Notes: generated by a model from the letters alone, not told the origin. 63,529 bases of DNA, filler included, from Octopus bimaculoides (GCF_001194135.2; 7 parts of 5 records of this genome joined end to end with filler, not necessarily neighbours in it), one strand, 5' to 3'; counted from the first letter of the whole stretch, positions 37,836-52,368 are shown. A program made the numbers and translations.

Positions 37836-38524
37836 CGACCTTCTTTAATCACCCATCTCTCCCCTCAACCCATTCCTACTCACAGCAATATTTTATAATT
37901 CCGATATGATGAATGAATGAATGGTCAAGTCTATTTGTTATTTTCTTCTTTTTCGTATTTCTGAACGTACATGAATTATTTATGTAAGCTATTGCAGTAT
38001 ATTTCAACAATTCCAGAACATTCCGTTCCGTGTCTTGTGCTGAGTTTGTCTGCCAACTGCAATATTTTACCATTAATTTTGTTCTTGTTCGCGTTGCTAG
38101 CGATTGCTTGTCGTTGTTGTTGCCGCCGTTTTTGTTGTTGTTGTTGCTACAGTTATATATTGTTGTTTTTCCTTGTGTCAATAAGCTCATATCCATTTAA
38201 ATAGTCCAATCTGTCCAAACTAGGTGTCGTGGGGTACGATGGATGGATGGATGGATGGATGGATGGATGGATGGATCTCAATTATTTCTCGTGTTATTCG
38301 TTTTTTTTTTAAATATTTATTAAAATTGTTGTTGGGATTGAGTGAGGCGGGAGAATAGTGAGGGTCACAGAGTAGAAGTTATATACATACATATATATAT
38401 ATATANNNNNNNNNNNNNNNNNNNNNNNNNNNNNNNNNNNNNNNNNNNNNNNNNNNNNTGTGTGTGTGTGCGTGTATATAGAGACACACACACATATATG
38501 TATGACAAATATATATACATACAT

Positions 38525-38558
<34 letters not shown>

Positions 38559-38577
38559 TTACAGACTCACGCATATA

Positions 38578-39839
38578 TTGGGTTATACCATAATTAATGC
38601 GGTTTTTCAGTTGCATGAGCTAAACGTCGAAGGGGGACGGGATAAACTACCTGCATCAACTTGCTATAAAAGCAGTTAGTAATTTTATCTTGTACTTATT
38701 CTTAGCGCAAGTTTTGAAGAGTGCAGTTCGATTTTAAAGCTATAATGATAGTGTTAAAGGAGCATACTCGGCATAATTTGCCTTATGAGTTCAATAAAGG
38801 CAACAACGTAACGGAATGTGCGAGGAGAATATTAATGCAGTATATAGGAATCGGACAATAAGCGTAAGCCAGTTTCAACGGTGGTTCCAGAAATTCCAAG
38901 CCGGAAACTACAGCCAAGAAGACGAACCTCGTTCTGAATGATCTATAGAGCTCGACGAGGACGTCCTGCAAACCCTGGTGGAAGAAAATCCCATCGTAAC
39001 TGTTGAGGAACTAGCAAAGAAGCTTGGATTTGGTCATTCAACCATTCATCGACACCTGTGTGCCATTGGAAAAGTCAGCAAATTGGGTCAATGTGTTCCT
39101 AACACACTTTTCGAATCTAATCGCGCATAGAGGGGGGAATGTGAGCTCTTCAGTGCTGTCACATCTCACGAATGAACCTTTATTGAACCGTATAATGACT
39201 GGTGACGAGAAATGAGTTTTCTATAAAAATGTCAAGCGCCGAAGATATTGGGTAGGGAAAGGAGAAACACCGGCAACCCAGGCTAAAAAAGGTCTTCACC
39301 CACGTAAGGTGTTGTTATATGTTTGGTTGAATATGGATGGTTTAGTCCACTTCGACCTTTTAAACCCAAACCAAACTATAACAATGGAAATCTACTGCAA
39401 GTAGCTTGAGCTTAAGTCAGCGCTAGAAGAAAAACGACCATCTTTTGGTTTCAAGACAAAAGGTGTTCTTCCATCAGGATAACGCTCGGCCACATACAGC
39501 GAGGATAACATTCCAAAGGCTGGAGCAGTTTGAATGCCCCACCCATCATATTCGCTGGACATTTCCCCATTAGATTATTATTTATCCAGCAGTCTTCAAA
39601 ATCATTTGGACAGAAAAAATATGAATTCTGTAGACGAGATCAGAACAGTACTGGAGGAGTATTTTTCGTCACGAACAAGTGGATTTTCGAAGAGGGGCCC
39701 TGCAAGTCTACCAGATAGATGGGAAAGCATTATATAAAATGAAAGAGAGTATACTTTAGATTAAAAAAGAACTTTGTTTATCTTAATTTTGAAAAATAAA
39801 AAAAGTATTAGAAACTGCATTATTTATGGGATGACCCAA
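38578..39839 (+). mobile_element. Full-length (about 1.26 kb) defective mariner (DD34D) with TA flanks
   Basis: TA|TTGGGTTATACCATAATTAATGCGG at left versus reverse complement TTGGGTCATCCCATAAATAATGCAG|TA at right; IMTGDEK, HQDNARPH and HPSYSLDISPLDY motifs. Confidence 0.93.
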
Positions 39840-40089
39840 TATAGATGTATCTATATACATGTATATAAATGTATATATGAGAATACATATAAATATGTGT
39901 GTGTGTCTCTGTATGTGTGTGCATGCATTATATTCTCCAATTTAAAACGTTATTTTTCACTTATATCCCTCTATTAATGCTCTTGTGAAGTAAAAATTTT
40001 AAAAAACGCAAATATGAACGACACAACATCCCCATTTTTGAGAGAATAATTTTTAGAAACATTAGACAGAGTCCCACGTTTTATTAGCT

Positions 40090-40255
40090 CCCGAGGTCGG
40101 CTTTTGTTAAGGCAGTGAGCTAGCAGAATCGTTATCAAGCCGAGCAAAATGTTTAACGGCATTTCGTCTGCTTTTTACGTTCTGAGTTCAAATTCTTCCC
40201 AGGTCTGCTTTTCCTTTCATTTTTTCGGGGTCGATGAATTAAGTACCAGTGAATT
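40090..40255 (+). mobile_element. SINE family D 5' part
   Basis: ggcagtgagctagcagaatcgtt...gagttcaaatt...ggggtcgatgaattaagtaccag. Confidence 0.75.
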
Positions 40256-42029
40256 AAGTATATATATATATATAGGTGTGTAGGTGTGTATGTATATATA
40301 TATGTATATGTATATTACATGCACAAACCAACATCATAGTTATTACACTGGCATATTCTTACACACATATATGCGCACACGTTTGGTTAAGGAATATAGA
40401 AGATCCTACACAGGAATACTATACATTTGTCTATCGCTTGTGTATATATAATTTCTTTACTGGTCATCTCTCGTTCAAAATATGTCTATTCGGAAGCTGT
40501 GTGTGTTTAAGATTAAGGGGGAGGAACAGAGGAGAAGGAGAAGGGAGAGGCAGATTGAATATAAAAAATATGCGTTTGCAAGACAATATGAGATGTCCAA
40601 ATATTTTCCTTCAACTGGACAAATCTAATATTTAGAAATATATATTTTGTGTGTTTGTATATGTACGTTTGTGCGTGTTCGTGTGTGAGCGTATGCATGT
40701 GTGTGTGTATATGTAAATATATATGTATGTATGTATGTGTGTATGTAAGTGTGTGTGCATGTGTGTGTGAATATGTGTGTGTGTGTGTGAATGAATGAGT
40801 GTATGCATATATATGTGTGTGTATGTAAATATATATATACATTTGTATCTATCTAACTGCATCTGTGTGTGTGCGTGTGTGTGTTCGTGCGTGCATGTGT
40901 AAAGAGACAAACAAAGTGAGAGAAAATGACAATATAGACAGACAGATAGACAGATAGAGAGAGAAAGAGAGAGATAAAGATGGATGGATGGATGGATGGA
41001 TGGATGGATGAATGGATGGATGGACTGAGCATTGCACGTATCGTATGGCGCTGTGATATTGTCATCTTTATGACTCACAAAGTATTAAGCGACATTATTT
41101 GATAATGAAGAAAATCGGAGCGCTCTACAAAACGGTCCAGGAAGAAACCAAAATAGCAGCTTTTATGTAATCGTTCAACCAGTTAGAAATAGCAACCAAA
41201 TCTCTTTTCAACCTTATCCTAACGTCTTGAAAACAGCAGTACACACTGTTTTATGTAGTTCTCGGTAAAGTATGGAAGAACAAAAAGAAGATGATTGTGA
41301 TTAGAACACATTTGACCAAAGATCATTTCAATCAACAGCAACATCAACAACGGCGTTTACTTTTCTTTTGTTGTCTGTCTATCTCCCTTGTACTGTCTTC
41401 ATGTTGCTGCTGTTGTTGTTAGGCATTCCAGCTTTCAACTACCAATATTTCAGGGACTATATTTTCCAATGTGTCTGTCTTTTTATAAGACGATAGGATG
41501 TGATGTGAGAGAATTTGATCGCTTTTCATTTCCACGTCAAGTCACTGTATTGAGGCTCCCCTTATCTCGCCTTTATGGTGTTTCAGTTCTTTGTAAAAAC
41601 GAAGAGTTATTTTGTGGTTAGTAGACAATATTCCTCTGTGAAATTTCAGCAAAAGTACTGAATTTTTCATGTTTCTGTTTAACTTCTCCATAAAATGCAA
41701 TGAATATGAAGAATTGATTTGGATATTGCTGATATTCCTTCTGAAAAGTTTGCTTTTATTGTGATGATATTTGTCTCCTTAACTAATCATAAGATCATTG
41801 CAATAATAAAGCTAACTAAATGTACGCTCATTTTAATGATAACTAACCAAATATACGATTGCCGTTATCATAAATAACTAGATATATGATTATGCTAATG
41901 ACAGAACACTAAGCAAATATAATATTGTAATAATAACTAAACGAATATAAAATTATTGTGATAGTAACAAACCACATATAAGCTTATTGTAATGATATAG
42001 CACCAGCCATCTATGTATCAAATATATAT

Positions 42030-42071
42030 AAAGATAGATAGATATAGACAGACAAACAGATAGACAGATAA

Positions 42072-42127
<56 letters not shown>

Positions 42128-42133
42128 TGACAT

Positions 42134-42178
<45 letters not shown>

Positions 42179-42185
42179 TAGATAG

Positions 42186-42245
<60 letters not shown>

Positions 42246-42340
42246 ACAGACAGACAGACATAAAGACAGACAGAGAGAAAGACAGATAGACAGACAGGCG
42301 GATAGAAAGATAGATAGATAGATAGATGGATAGATAACTA
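42030..42340. repeat. Compound (ATAG)n/(AG)n/(ACAG)n microsatellite
   Basis: Directly visible. Confidence 0.95.
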
Positions 42341-42512
42341 TGTATATGAGTTTGTAATGATAGAACGTAAAACATATATACGATTATTGTAATAATATAG
42401 CTTTAATCAATTTTAAAAAATTATTGTAATAATAACAATTACCAAATGCAAGATTATTAAAATGATTTACTTTTAACCAGCTTTTAAGATATTTGAAGTT
42501 ATATAACTCCAG

Positions 42513-42636
42513 CAGGGCCGGCTCAAGGTACCGGCAACACGGGATCGCCATGTACTAGAGGGCGCCAAGGGGTGCGTGACAAAGACAAGGAAATTTCCAC
42601 AACTGTCAGTTTGTACAAACCGTAGGATCGACCCTG
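42513..42636. mobile_element. Possible small hAT-like MITE
   Basis: GC-rich 124-bp island starting CAGGGCCGGCTC and ending GGATCGACCCTG (imperfect TIR); no 8-bp TSD seen. Confidence 0.3.
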
Positions 42637-42679
42637 GACTGTGGTGATGTTAACTCTAACCAAATATTGATTTCAAATT

Positions 42680-43440
42680 TTGGCACAAGACCAATAAACT
42701 CGGGGGAGGGGGTTAAATCGATTACATCGACCCCAGTATTTAACTGGTACTTATTTTATCGACCCCGAAAGGATGAAAAGTAAATAGTAATAATAAGCGT
42801 TTCTACTTTAGGCACAAGGCCTGAAATTTTGTGGGAGGGCAGTAGTCAATTACATCAACCCAAGTGCTTCGCTGGTACTTAATTTATCGACCCCGAAAGA
42901 ATGAAAGACAAAGCCGACCTTGGCGAAATTTGACCTCAGGACGTAAAGACGGACGAACTGCCGCTAAGCATTTTTCCCAGCCTGCTGACGATTCTGCCAG
43001 CTCGCTGCCTTACTTACATCAGATATTAATAATTACGGTGTAACTTTAACAACAGCATCAAGAACTGCAGGAAAACAAGACCCAAAATCTACACACCCGG
43101 AAAAAGAAAACAAACTTTACCATCCCCTCCGAATCATTATCAAATATCAGAAAGAAAAGGGAGCAGCCCAGAGAGAGATGGGGGGAGGGGAGAGAGAGAT
43201 GGGGGAGGAGAGAGAGAGAGGGGGCAAAGGGTCAAAGCAGTGAATTGACTGAATCATTAGCGAATCGGACAAAATGCTTAGCAGCATTTCGTCCGTTCTG
43301 TGTTCTAATTCCGCCGAAGCCACTTTGCCTTTCATCTTTTCTGGGTAGATAAAAGAATTATCACTTAAGTAGTGGGATCGATGTTAATCAACTTCCCTTC
43401 TCCACGAAAACTGCTGGCCCAGTGCCAAAATTTGAATTAT
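42680..43440. mobile_element. Family D SINE cluster: two minus units (42680-43010) and one plus unit (43250-43440)
   Basis: atcgaccccgaaaggatgaaa cores on the minus strand; ccgccgaagccactttgcctttcatc on the plus strand. Confidence 0.75.
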
Positions 43441-45642
43441 TTTACAAAGTGGCGAACACCTAGCATTTAAAGTTGATTTTGTGGCATATCATTGACCTCT
43501 AATTTTATTACCAATTGGAGTTATTAATGCTGAGCATCCAAAATATTTTTGGCCCAAGCAATGCAGGTATACGAATATTAACATTGCGGTACGCTTGTCT
43601 AATCTAACAGAAAATAAAATGGGTGTCTTTTTCCTAACTTGAACTATAAAATACATTAGCTTACAAATATATTATACGGAAAGGAAAAACATATTTGCTA
43701 CAGACACAAAGAATAGCAGAACGACCCATCACCGTCTCACTATGCCAAACTAGCTTGTTTGGAAATCATTGCAAAAATGTCTTTGGCAAAGCTTGAACGT
43801 GACAATTTGATATTTTCTTTCTCCGAAAATATCACAGGTTTCTTGCCTATGTATGATACAATTATTTAGTTCATATTGCCATTAAATAATGATAACAGTA
43901 ATAATATAATGTATATAAGAAAAATTAAAGCAAGAAAGAAAATAAAAAGCGAACAATGATAATAAGGAAATTAAGAAGAAAAAAATAAGTGTACTGAAAT
44001 ATTATGAAGAGAAAGAAATAAAAAAGTGGTATGAATATAAAAGAACAAATGAAAGATAGATTGGAGGAAAACTGGATTAGTCGTATTGAAATCACAGTGG
44101 AAATCCGCTCTCATTAGAAACGAGTTTATTTTCTTTCAATGTACATTGAACAGTGAGTGGAATAACGGTCGGTAAAGACGCAGAAATCTCTTCAAACAAG
44201 ATCTGTCTGATTTCAGGCGCCACGTATCTCTCTGCCGAAAGCTTTTCTATATTATCTGAAATTTAGGAAAATCAAATTGTATGTGTCGGAATTAATGCGC
44301 CAAAAATTCCAATCAATTAAATGGCCGCTTTATCCTTTTGGTGACATACAAATGGTATCAATTTCTAAGTATTGGCAGAATGTGATGTGTCGTCTGCCAC
44401 GTTAAGCCGATACCAGAACGAGGTCTGTCACTCTCCTCAGCCTAAACAAGTGAATTAGCTTTTCTTCGCAAGATCGCGTGCGCCTATTAGTCAATTATTT
44501 TCGCCCACTTAACACTGATTTATTCCCGTTAATGGAAGGTGGTGATTAATTTTTCTCTAGCACCCCCTTTTTCCTCGTTTATTCATGCTCCTTTTTCTTC
44601 TTCCCCCTTCCGTCCTTCTCTTTTTTCTTTTTCCTACTGTTTCTTTACCCTCCTTTCCTTTCCTTTCAGCTCTAGTAGTCTTTTTTCTTCTCTCCGACTC
44701 TCCTTCCCCCCTCTCTCTCTCTTTACTATCTTTATTTGGCCCAATATTCCCAGGCTAGAAATGGCCAGTACTGTGAGCTAATCATTATAAAAACTCGCCG
44801 CTGAAAACATCAATACAGAGCTATTGCTCAACAAGATGGAAAATTAGTCAAGTGCTGTGGAGGCTGTGAATCCCTCAAGGGGACTGACTGGATCATTTAG
44901 TTTTCTACTTCGGACAGGAAATATTGTCTGTGTTTTTGCGACAAGTTTAATATTGCCTGACGAATCCTCGATTTTAGCCTTATGAACATGCCGTACATCC
45001 ATTGAGCCATCAAGCCACCCCAGTTATTATTTCTCAACCACCACCACCACCATAGGGAGATATGGTAAAATGTTATTCAAAACTCTAGCTATTAGTTAAA
45101 GTTATGATACACTTTTGGCAGGTTGAATCACGACCAATTTGTCGCTCGATTTCACCTCCTTAGCAGCGGACAGGTTTCAGCATAACGTTGCCTTCTGCTG
45201 ATAGACACACACTGCAATGCGGTAAGTGAAGGAGAAGTCGAAGTAAAGAAAGAAACAAAACAAAAACAAAGGAGAAAAAGAAGGAGAGAAAAAAAAGGGA
45301 AGTAGCGGGGAGGAAGGGAATATAGCCTTTCAATAGCAGCGGGTGAAAAGACAGAAAGAAGGTGCTGGGATAAATGCATAACTTCTCCATCCACATAGCA
45401 AAAAGGAGATGAAGGGAGGTGTAAATAATAAACAGATAAATAAAATAAAGAGAAAGAGAGGGGGGGTCAGAGAGGGGGTGAGAGTGGAAGGAGCAAGGCG
45501 ATTAAATTGAAGCGATGAAGTTGATTAGGTTTGAAGCAATTGGTTTATGCGAAAAATATCAGAAATGTCGTGCGGTGGAAAATGTGTGTGTGTGTGTGTG
45601 TGTGAAAGATAGGTGGAGTTTGGTTGAGGTGCATCATCATCA

Positions 45643-45677
<35 letters not shown>

Positions 45678-48350
45678 GGTGTTTAGTGNNNNNNNNNNNN
45701 NNNNNNNNNNNNNNNNNNNNNNNNNNNNNNNNNNNNNNNNNNNNNNNNNNNNNNNNNNNNNNNNNNNNNNNNNNNNNNNNNNNNNNNNNNNNNNNNNNNN
45801 NNNNNNNNNNNNNNNNNNNNNNNNNNNNNNNNNNNNNNNNNNNNNNNNNNNNNNNNNNNNNNNNNNNNNNNNNNNNNNNNNNNNNNNNNNNNNNNNNNNN
45901 NNNNNNNNNNNNNNNNNNNNNNNNNNNNNNNNAGAGAGAGAGAGAGAGACAGGGAGCAAAAGAGAAAGAGATGTGGAGAAAAATAATAATAAAAAAAAGA
46001 AAGAATCAAAAACAAGAAACATGAATGATATTAAATCATAAGATTGCGATGATATTTGTGGTGGTGGTGGTGGTGGTGGTGGTGGTGGTGGCGGTGGTGA
46101 CCGTGGTGTTGGTTGTGGTGTTGGTAACACCAGTAGTGCAAAAGATAAGCACAGAAAATATATAGAAATGTATATGAAAGCAATAAATGTATTAATGGTT
46201 AAACGTTGCTTAGTTGGAAAGTAGTTTATCTTACTGACCATGCAACGATAGTATTGTATTCAATATTCTATGGAGAAAGAGGACGAACAGGAGGAGGAGG
46301 AGGAGAGATAGACGCGGGGGCTGGAAGGATGTGTTACTATGAAAATGTCGCCGATAAAAAAGATCTACGTAACAACAGGTGTAAAATAAAAGAATAGCCT
46401 CTAGAAAATATATTAGAATCAAAAGAGTGAACAAGGTTTCAAATTCCACTATGGACGTATACGTGGCTATGTGGTTAAGAAGACTGCTACCCAGACGTGT
46501 GGTTTGGGATGAAGTTCTCCTGCGCGGCACCTTGGGCAAGTGTCTTTGCTTCTAATACAGAGTTCAATATGATTTGAAGTCAATGTTGCAACCCATCTTC
46601 TGCCATGGCCAGAGATGAAGGTATATAATCTCCCTTCGCCTCTTCCTCCACACCTAAAAATTTATTATAACCATACCATATGATGCAAAAGCGGTTCGAG
46701 GTTAGCACTTGTCCGAGATCCGATCTCCAGCAGCCAGTATGAAAAGATAACTTGAATGCTTCTTTTCAAAGGCAGGTGCGAAGGTATGTGGCCTAGTTGT
46801 TAGGTTGTTGCATTCAGGATCGTAAGATTGTGGTTTCGATTCCGAAACCGGGTAGAGCGTTGTGTTGTATGTTTGAGCAAAATACTTTCTATAACGGTGC
46901 TCCGGTCCACACGGCTATAATGTGACCATGGAAACTGTGTAACCGGCCTGATATGTTCTAGAACTCAAGACAGAACTGCCACTACGAAAAGAGGTTCTGT
47001 TGAGCGGTCTCCACCATGCTGATTGTACAGATGTATTCGGCCAATGTAGGGGAGTTTGTTAAATGAAATTCATTCTTCATGTAGACATAGAGACGACTCA
47101 AACTTCCAAGAGGACAGTACAATTGGTTCTTTTTTTTTTTTTAACGGAAGATAATTGTCTGAGTTTCTGACTAGTTATTTTTTCGTCCCAATTCCAAGGA
47201 TGGAAAGTAAAGTTTGATTTGGCATGATTGGAAATCAAAACGCAAGTAAAAATATAAAACTTGTTTGGCCTTTTTATTTTTGTCTACCATCCTCATTTTC
47301 TAACACGGGCCCTCAGAAATTGGGGGATGGTGTTTGCGTGTCGGAAGACCACGGATATGAGGAATTTCTTAGCTTTTGTTAAAGCATGTTTCTAGAACCC
47401 GCTTCAAACCCNNNNNNNNNNNNNNNNNNNNNNNNNNNNNNNNNNNNNNNNNNNNNNNNNNNNNNNNNNNNNNNNNNNNNNNNNNNNNNNNNNNNNNNNN
47501 NNNNNNNNNNNNNNNNNNNNNNNNNNNNNNNNNNNNNNNNNNNNNNNNNNNNNNNNNNNNNNNNNNNNNNNNNNNNNNNNNNNNNNNNNNNNNNNNNNNN
47601 NNNNNNNNNNNNNNNNNNNNNNNNNNNNNNNNNNNNNNNNNNNNNNNNNNNNNNNNNNNNNNNNNNNNNNNNNNNNNNNNNNNNNNNNNNNNNNNNNNNN
47701 NNNNNNNNNNNNNNNNNNNNNNNNNNNNNNNNNNNNNNNNNNNNNNNNNNNNNNNNNNNNNNNNNNNNNNNNNNNNNNNNNNNNNNNNNNNNNNNNNNNN
47801 NNNNNNNNNNNNNNNNNNNNNNNNNNNNNNNNNNNNNNNNNNNNNNNNNNNNNNNNNNNNNNNNNNNNNNNNNNNNNNNNNNNNNNNNNNNNNNNNNNNN
47901 NNNNNNNNNNNNNNNNNNNNNNNNNNNNNNNNNNNNNNNNNNNNNNNNNNNNNNNNNNNNNNNNNNNNNNNNNNNNNNNNNNNNNNNNNNNNNNNNNNNN
48001 NNNNNNNNNNNNNNNNNNNNNNNNNNNNNNNNNNNNNNNNNNNNNNNNNNNNNNNNNNNNNNNNNNNNNNNNNNNNNNNNNNNNNNNNNNNNNNNNNNNN
48101 NNNNNNNNNNNNNNNNNNNNNNNNNNNNNNNNNNNNNNNNNNNNNNNNNNNNNNNNNNNNNNNNNNNNNNNNNNNNNNNNNNNNNNNNNNNNNNNNNNNN
48201 NNNNNNNNNNNNNNNNNNNNNNNNNNNNNNNNNNNNNNNNNNNNNNNNNNNNNNNNNNNNNNNNNNNNNNNNNNNNNNNNNNNNNNNNNNNNNNNNNNNN
48301 NNNNNNNNNNNNNNNNNNNNNNNNNNNNNNNNNNNNNNNNNNNNNNNNNN

Positions 48351-48419
<69 letters not shown>

Positions 48420-48763
48420 ATGTGTTTATATGTGCGTTCGTATCTATGGAACATACCTGAATAAAAAGAATTCAAGGGTGGAATATCTGTGTGTACATAT
48501 TAGTATATGTATTATTATGTAGATGAGTACATGTATACGAGTATTTGGACTCTATGTATGTACTTTTGTGCTTGTGCATGAGTACGCGTGTTTGTGTATG
48601 CCTGTAAATGTTAACATACATGCATCCGTGTGTGTGTGTGTGTGTCTGTCTGTCTGTCTATCTGTCTCACCATGTGTGTGTGTGTATGCGTGTGTCCTTC
48701 TGAGCATATGTATGTTTGTGTGCGCGCGTTTGCGTCTCTGAACATGTGTGTATACGTTTCTGA

Positions 48764-48803
<40 letters not shown>

Positions 48804-49317
48804 ATTTGAATGCATTTGGATGCATGTCTTCGATTTTAGATGGTGGTTTCATTTGTGCATTTTAAGCTTGTAATCTTGTGTGTATGTACATGTGTGTGTG
48901 TATTTGTCTGCGTGAGCGAGTGTGTATGTGTGTGGTGGTGGAGGGAAGGGAACGTGTGAACGCATGTGTGAACGTATATATGCGTTTGTGTGTTTGTTTG
49001 AAGGAAATTGTGACTTCTGCAAGATGGATTGGTCACCTTCACAGCTGACTGCCCTTTGTTTTTATAAAAACACCAAAGGATCTTGGGGCGGAAAATATCT
49101 CTTCCGTTTCATTGACTAGTATTTCCGCTATTCTTTTACATCATCTTGATTAAAAGTCCACTTCCGTATCCCTTCTTTCCTCTTTCACAGCATTCTCTTC
49201 CTCTCCCGCCCCTATCACTTAACAGCTTATTCGTCATCTGCTTCAATTTTTCGATATTACTAACACTGATATTGTTGTTGTTGTTGTTGCTATTGCTTGT
49301 GTTGCTCTTGTTACTGA

Positions 49318-49359
<42 letters not shown>

Positions 49360-49396
49360 TATTATTATTATCATTATTATCATTATTATTATTATT

Positions 49397-50070
49397 AAGG
49401 CGGTGAGCTGGCAGAAACGTTAGCATGCCGGGCGCAATGCTTTGCGGTATTTCGACTGTCTTTACGTTCTCAGTTCAAATTCCGCCGAGGTTGACTTTGC
49501 CTTTCATCCTTTCGTGGTCGATAAATTAAGTACCAGTTGCGTACTGGGGTCGATCTGATCGACTAGCCCCCTCCCTCANNNNNNNNNNNNNNNNNNNNNN
49601 NNNNNNNNNNNNNTCGGGCCTTGTGCCTAGAGTAGAAAAGATTATATTATTATTTTTATTATTTAAGGCGGCGAGCTGGCAGAATCGTTAGCAGGCCGGG
49701 CAAAATGCTTAGCAACATTTCGTCTACCGCTACGTTCTGAGTTCAAATTCCTCTGAGGTCGACTTTGCCCTTCATCCTTTTGGGGGTTAATAAAGTAAAT
49801 ACCAGTGGGTCGATGTAATCGACTGGTTCTCTCCCCGCAAGTTTCAGGCCTCGTGCCTTCAGTAGAAAAAGTTTTCATTAAAAGGTGCCGAGCTGGCGCC
49901 TAACGGTATTTCGTCTGTCTTTATGTTCTGAGTTTAAATTCTGCCGAGGTCGACTTTGCCTTTCAACCTTTCGGACTCGATGAAATAAGTACCAGTTAAA
50001 CACTGGGGTCGATGTAATCATCCCTTGTCCCAAATTTTCGGGCCTTGAGCTTATAATAGAAAGAATTATT
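49397..50070 (+). mobile_element. Tandem array of three family D SINE units
   Basis: aaggcggtgagctggcagaaacgttag (49397), aaggcggcgagctggcagaatcgttag (49665) and aaggtgccgagctggc (49881), each with gtcgactttgcc.ttca.cctt. Confidence 0.88.
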
Positions 50071-52332
50071 AACATTATTATAAAATACATTATGTAGCTG
50101 AATCAAATACCTGGGAGAGTTAACTTTGTTTTTCAGCTTTCCAAAGTCAATCAAATCATTACCAGTAATATCCTGGTTCAATTTCAATCGATTATATCTT
50201 CTTTGTCACAGAAATTGCTTTGAGCTAAATCAAAAGAGATCCGTATTGTTATATTTGATTTATGTTTGTCAATGAACAGAAGGGAATTTTACACAGCTTG
50301 CTCAAGTCACGAAACTTTTTCTGGTACCCAATTGAAGCTATTCTATTCATTCGCTTTCCAAACATTCTTGAGAAAAGCTAAAACCTAACAACATTGCATT
50401 TTGTCATTTCATTTAACATATCTGAATTAAAGAAGTCCTAGATATGCCACCGTTAATACTTTTTTAGAATCATTTTACAACAAAATTAGTGGTTAACAGC
50501 TTTTGATAGTACAAGTTGCACTTATTTTTTTTGCTACAAATTCAAAATTTACTGAAGGATTTTGCACCGAAATCTTTGAAGATTATTTTGAATAATTATT
50601 TCACTGAATGTGGTCTTTAACTTTTCTTAGGTGTCATTTTATTCATTTTAGTTTTTCTTAATGTGATATTCTTGAATTATACATAATCCTTATGAACTTC
50701 TCAGCAGAGTGCGTTCCAGGAAGCAATATCGATATTGTGATAATTGTAAAGTTAAATTTGCAATGAACTCTACGATGAAATAGTGATTATTCTAAAGATA
50801 GATTTTCAATGAAATCTATCTCAAAATTGTGATCCGGATTCATGTAGTGATCTTCAAATCTACATTTAATATTCAGCATCAATAGTTTCACTTTTTAACG
50901 CTAAGTACCCTGAGGCTAAAAACAGATGTTGTTGTTTGACTGCTTGCAGATTCCTTCAGTTATTCTTCCTCTAAAAGTTGTATAACAAGACACATATCTC
51001 AATGTGAGGGAATTATTTTCTTTCAGCTCTAAATCTTGTCAAACACTAAATGTTTTGGTTATCGGTTCCAGAATAATTTGTTAATAAAGATCGCAAATAT
51101 TAATAAGTTCAAATTTACTAATATTTACAAATTTAAAAATTTACAAATTTATTTCACTGAATGATGTTTTTATCTAATCAGTATAATACATCTTATCTGA
51201 TATTACAAATCCTTGCTAAACTTTTTGACTACAGTGTCTTACTTATATAATTATATGACTCAGTGGCTAACTGTATAATTAAAGTAAATATTTTCGAGTA
51301 TTCTGGGAATGAACGAACTTTCATGTATCTTTGAGATAAATACATATGCGAAGGTTGCATGACATTGAATTAAAACGCACATAATACAACACTTTTGATT
51401 CTCCTTGTTTACATATCGTATCTACATCTATGCTAAGTTTGGAATACATAACTGAGTTATTTTCTTATTGTATTTCTTATAAATGTATCATCTTATCTAA
51501 CATCTGAAGTATACATAAACAATGCAGTTACCATTTTTTCTCTACGTAAAAGATGTCTTCACAATATTCCGATTTTGAATTATTGATGAATAACTTGCCA
51601 AAATGTAGGTATATTTTCTCGCCATGTTAAGAACGCAACCAACTTGAAGGAATAAACATATTTTGCTTCCATATGGGATTTTGAGATTATATAGTTAGAA
51701 TGTTTCGGTCTTGAGTTTTGTTTGTTCTTTAATTTTCGTTGCAGTTTTGTTAAAGGGGCAAGCGTAACACACCGCCTTCTTTTTCAGTATCTCTGTAAAT
51801 TGTGAAAGTGAAGGACGACGTTATTTTCAGGTCGAACACCAGTCCTTCCGAAAGGCTTCCAAACAGTTTCTGTGTACTAAAGTTCAATCAGAAAGAATTT
51901 TGTTGACACAAGAGTAAGGTAGAAAATAATTACACAAGATGATGCATAGAGAGATCAAACGCAAAGCAACATGGTTACAAAGCGAAAATTTTAATCATAC
52001 AGATATGCTGTTCCTAGACATTCCTGGTTCATAACTTAATTTTGATTAATTGGATGAATGCATAGACCTTAGAAGGATATCACAGACATGAACACGCATG
52101 CAAATATGTGTATGTCTATGTAGATATACGTAAATATACTTATACTCGTACGTCCCTCTGTGACTTCTTGAAAATTTCCATTATATACTCATTCGCATAA
52201 ATATAGCACATATAGCTGAATAAAGTGTCGGGAACAAACAGCGGTGGTCACTTATTCAGAATATCTAGGATACATAGATTCTTCGCACACACACACATAA
52301 AACATACATACATACATACATACATACATACA

Positions 52333-52368
<36 letters not shown>

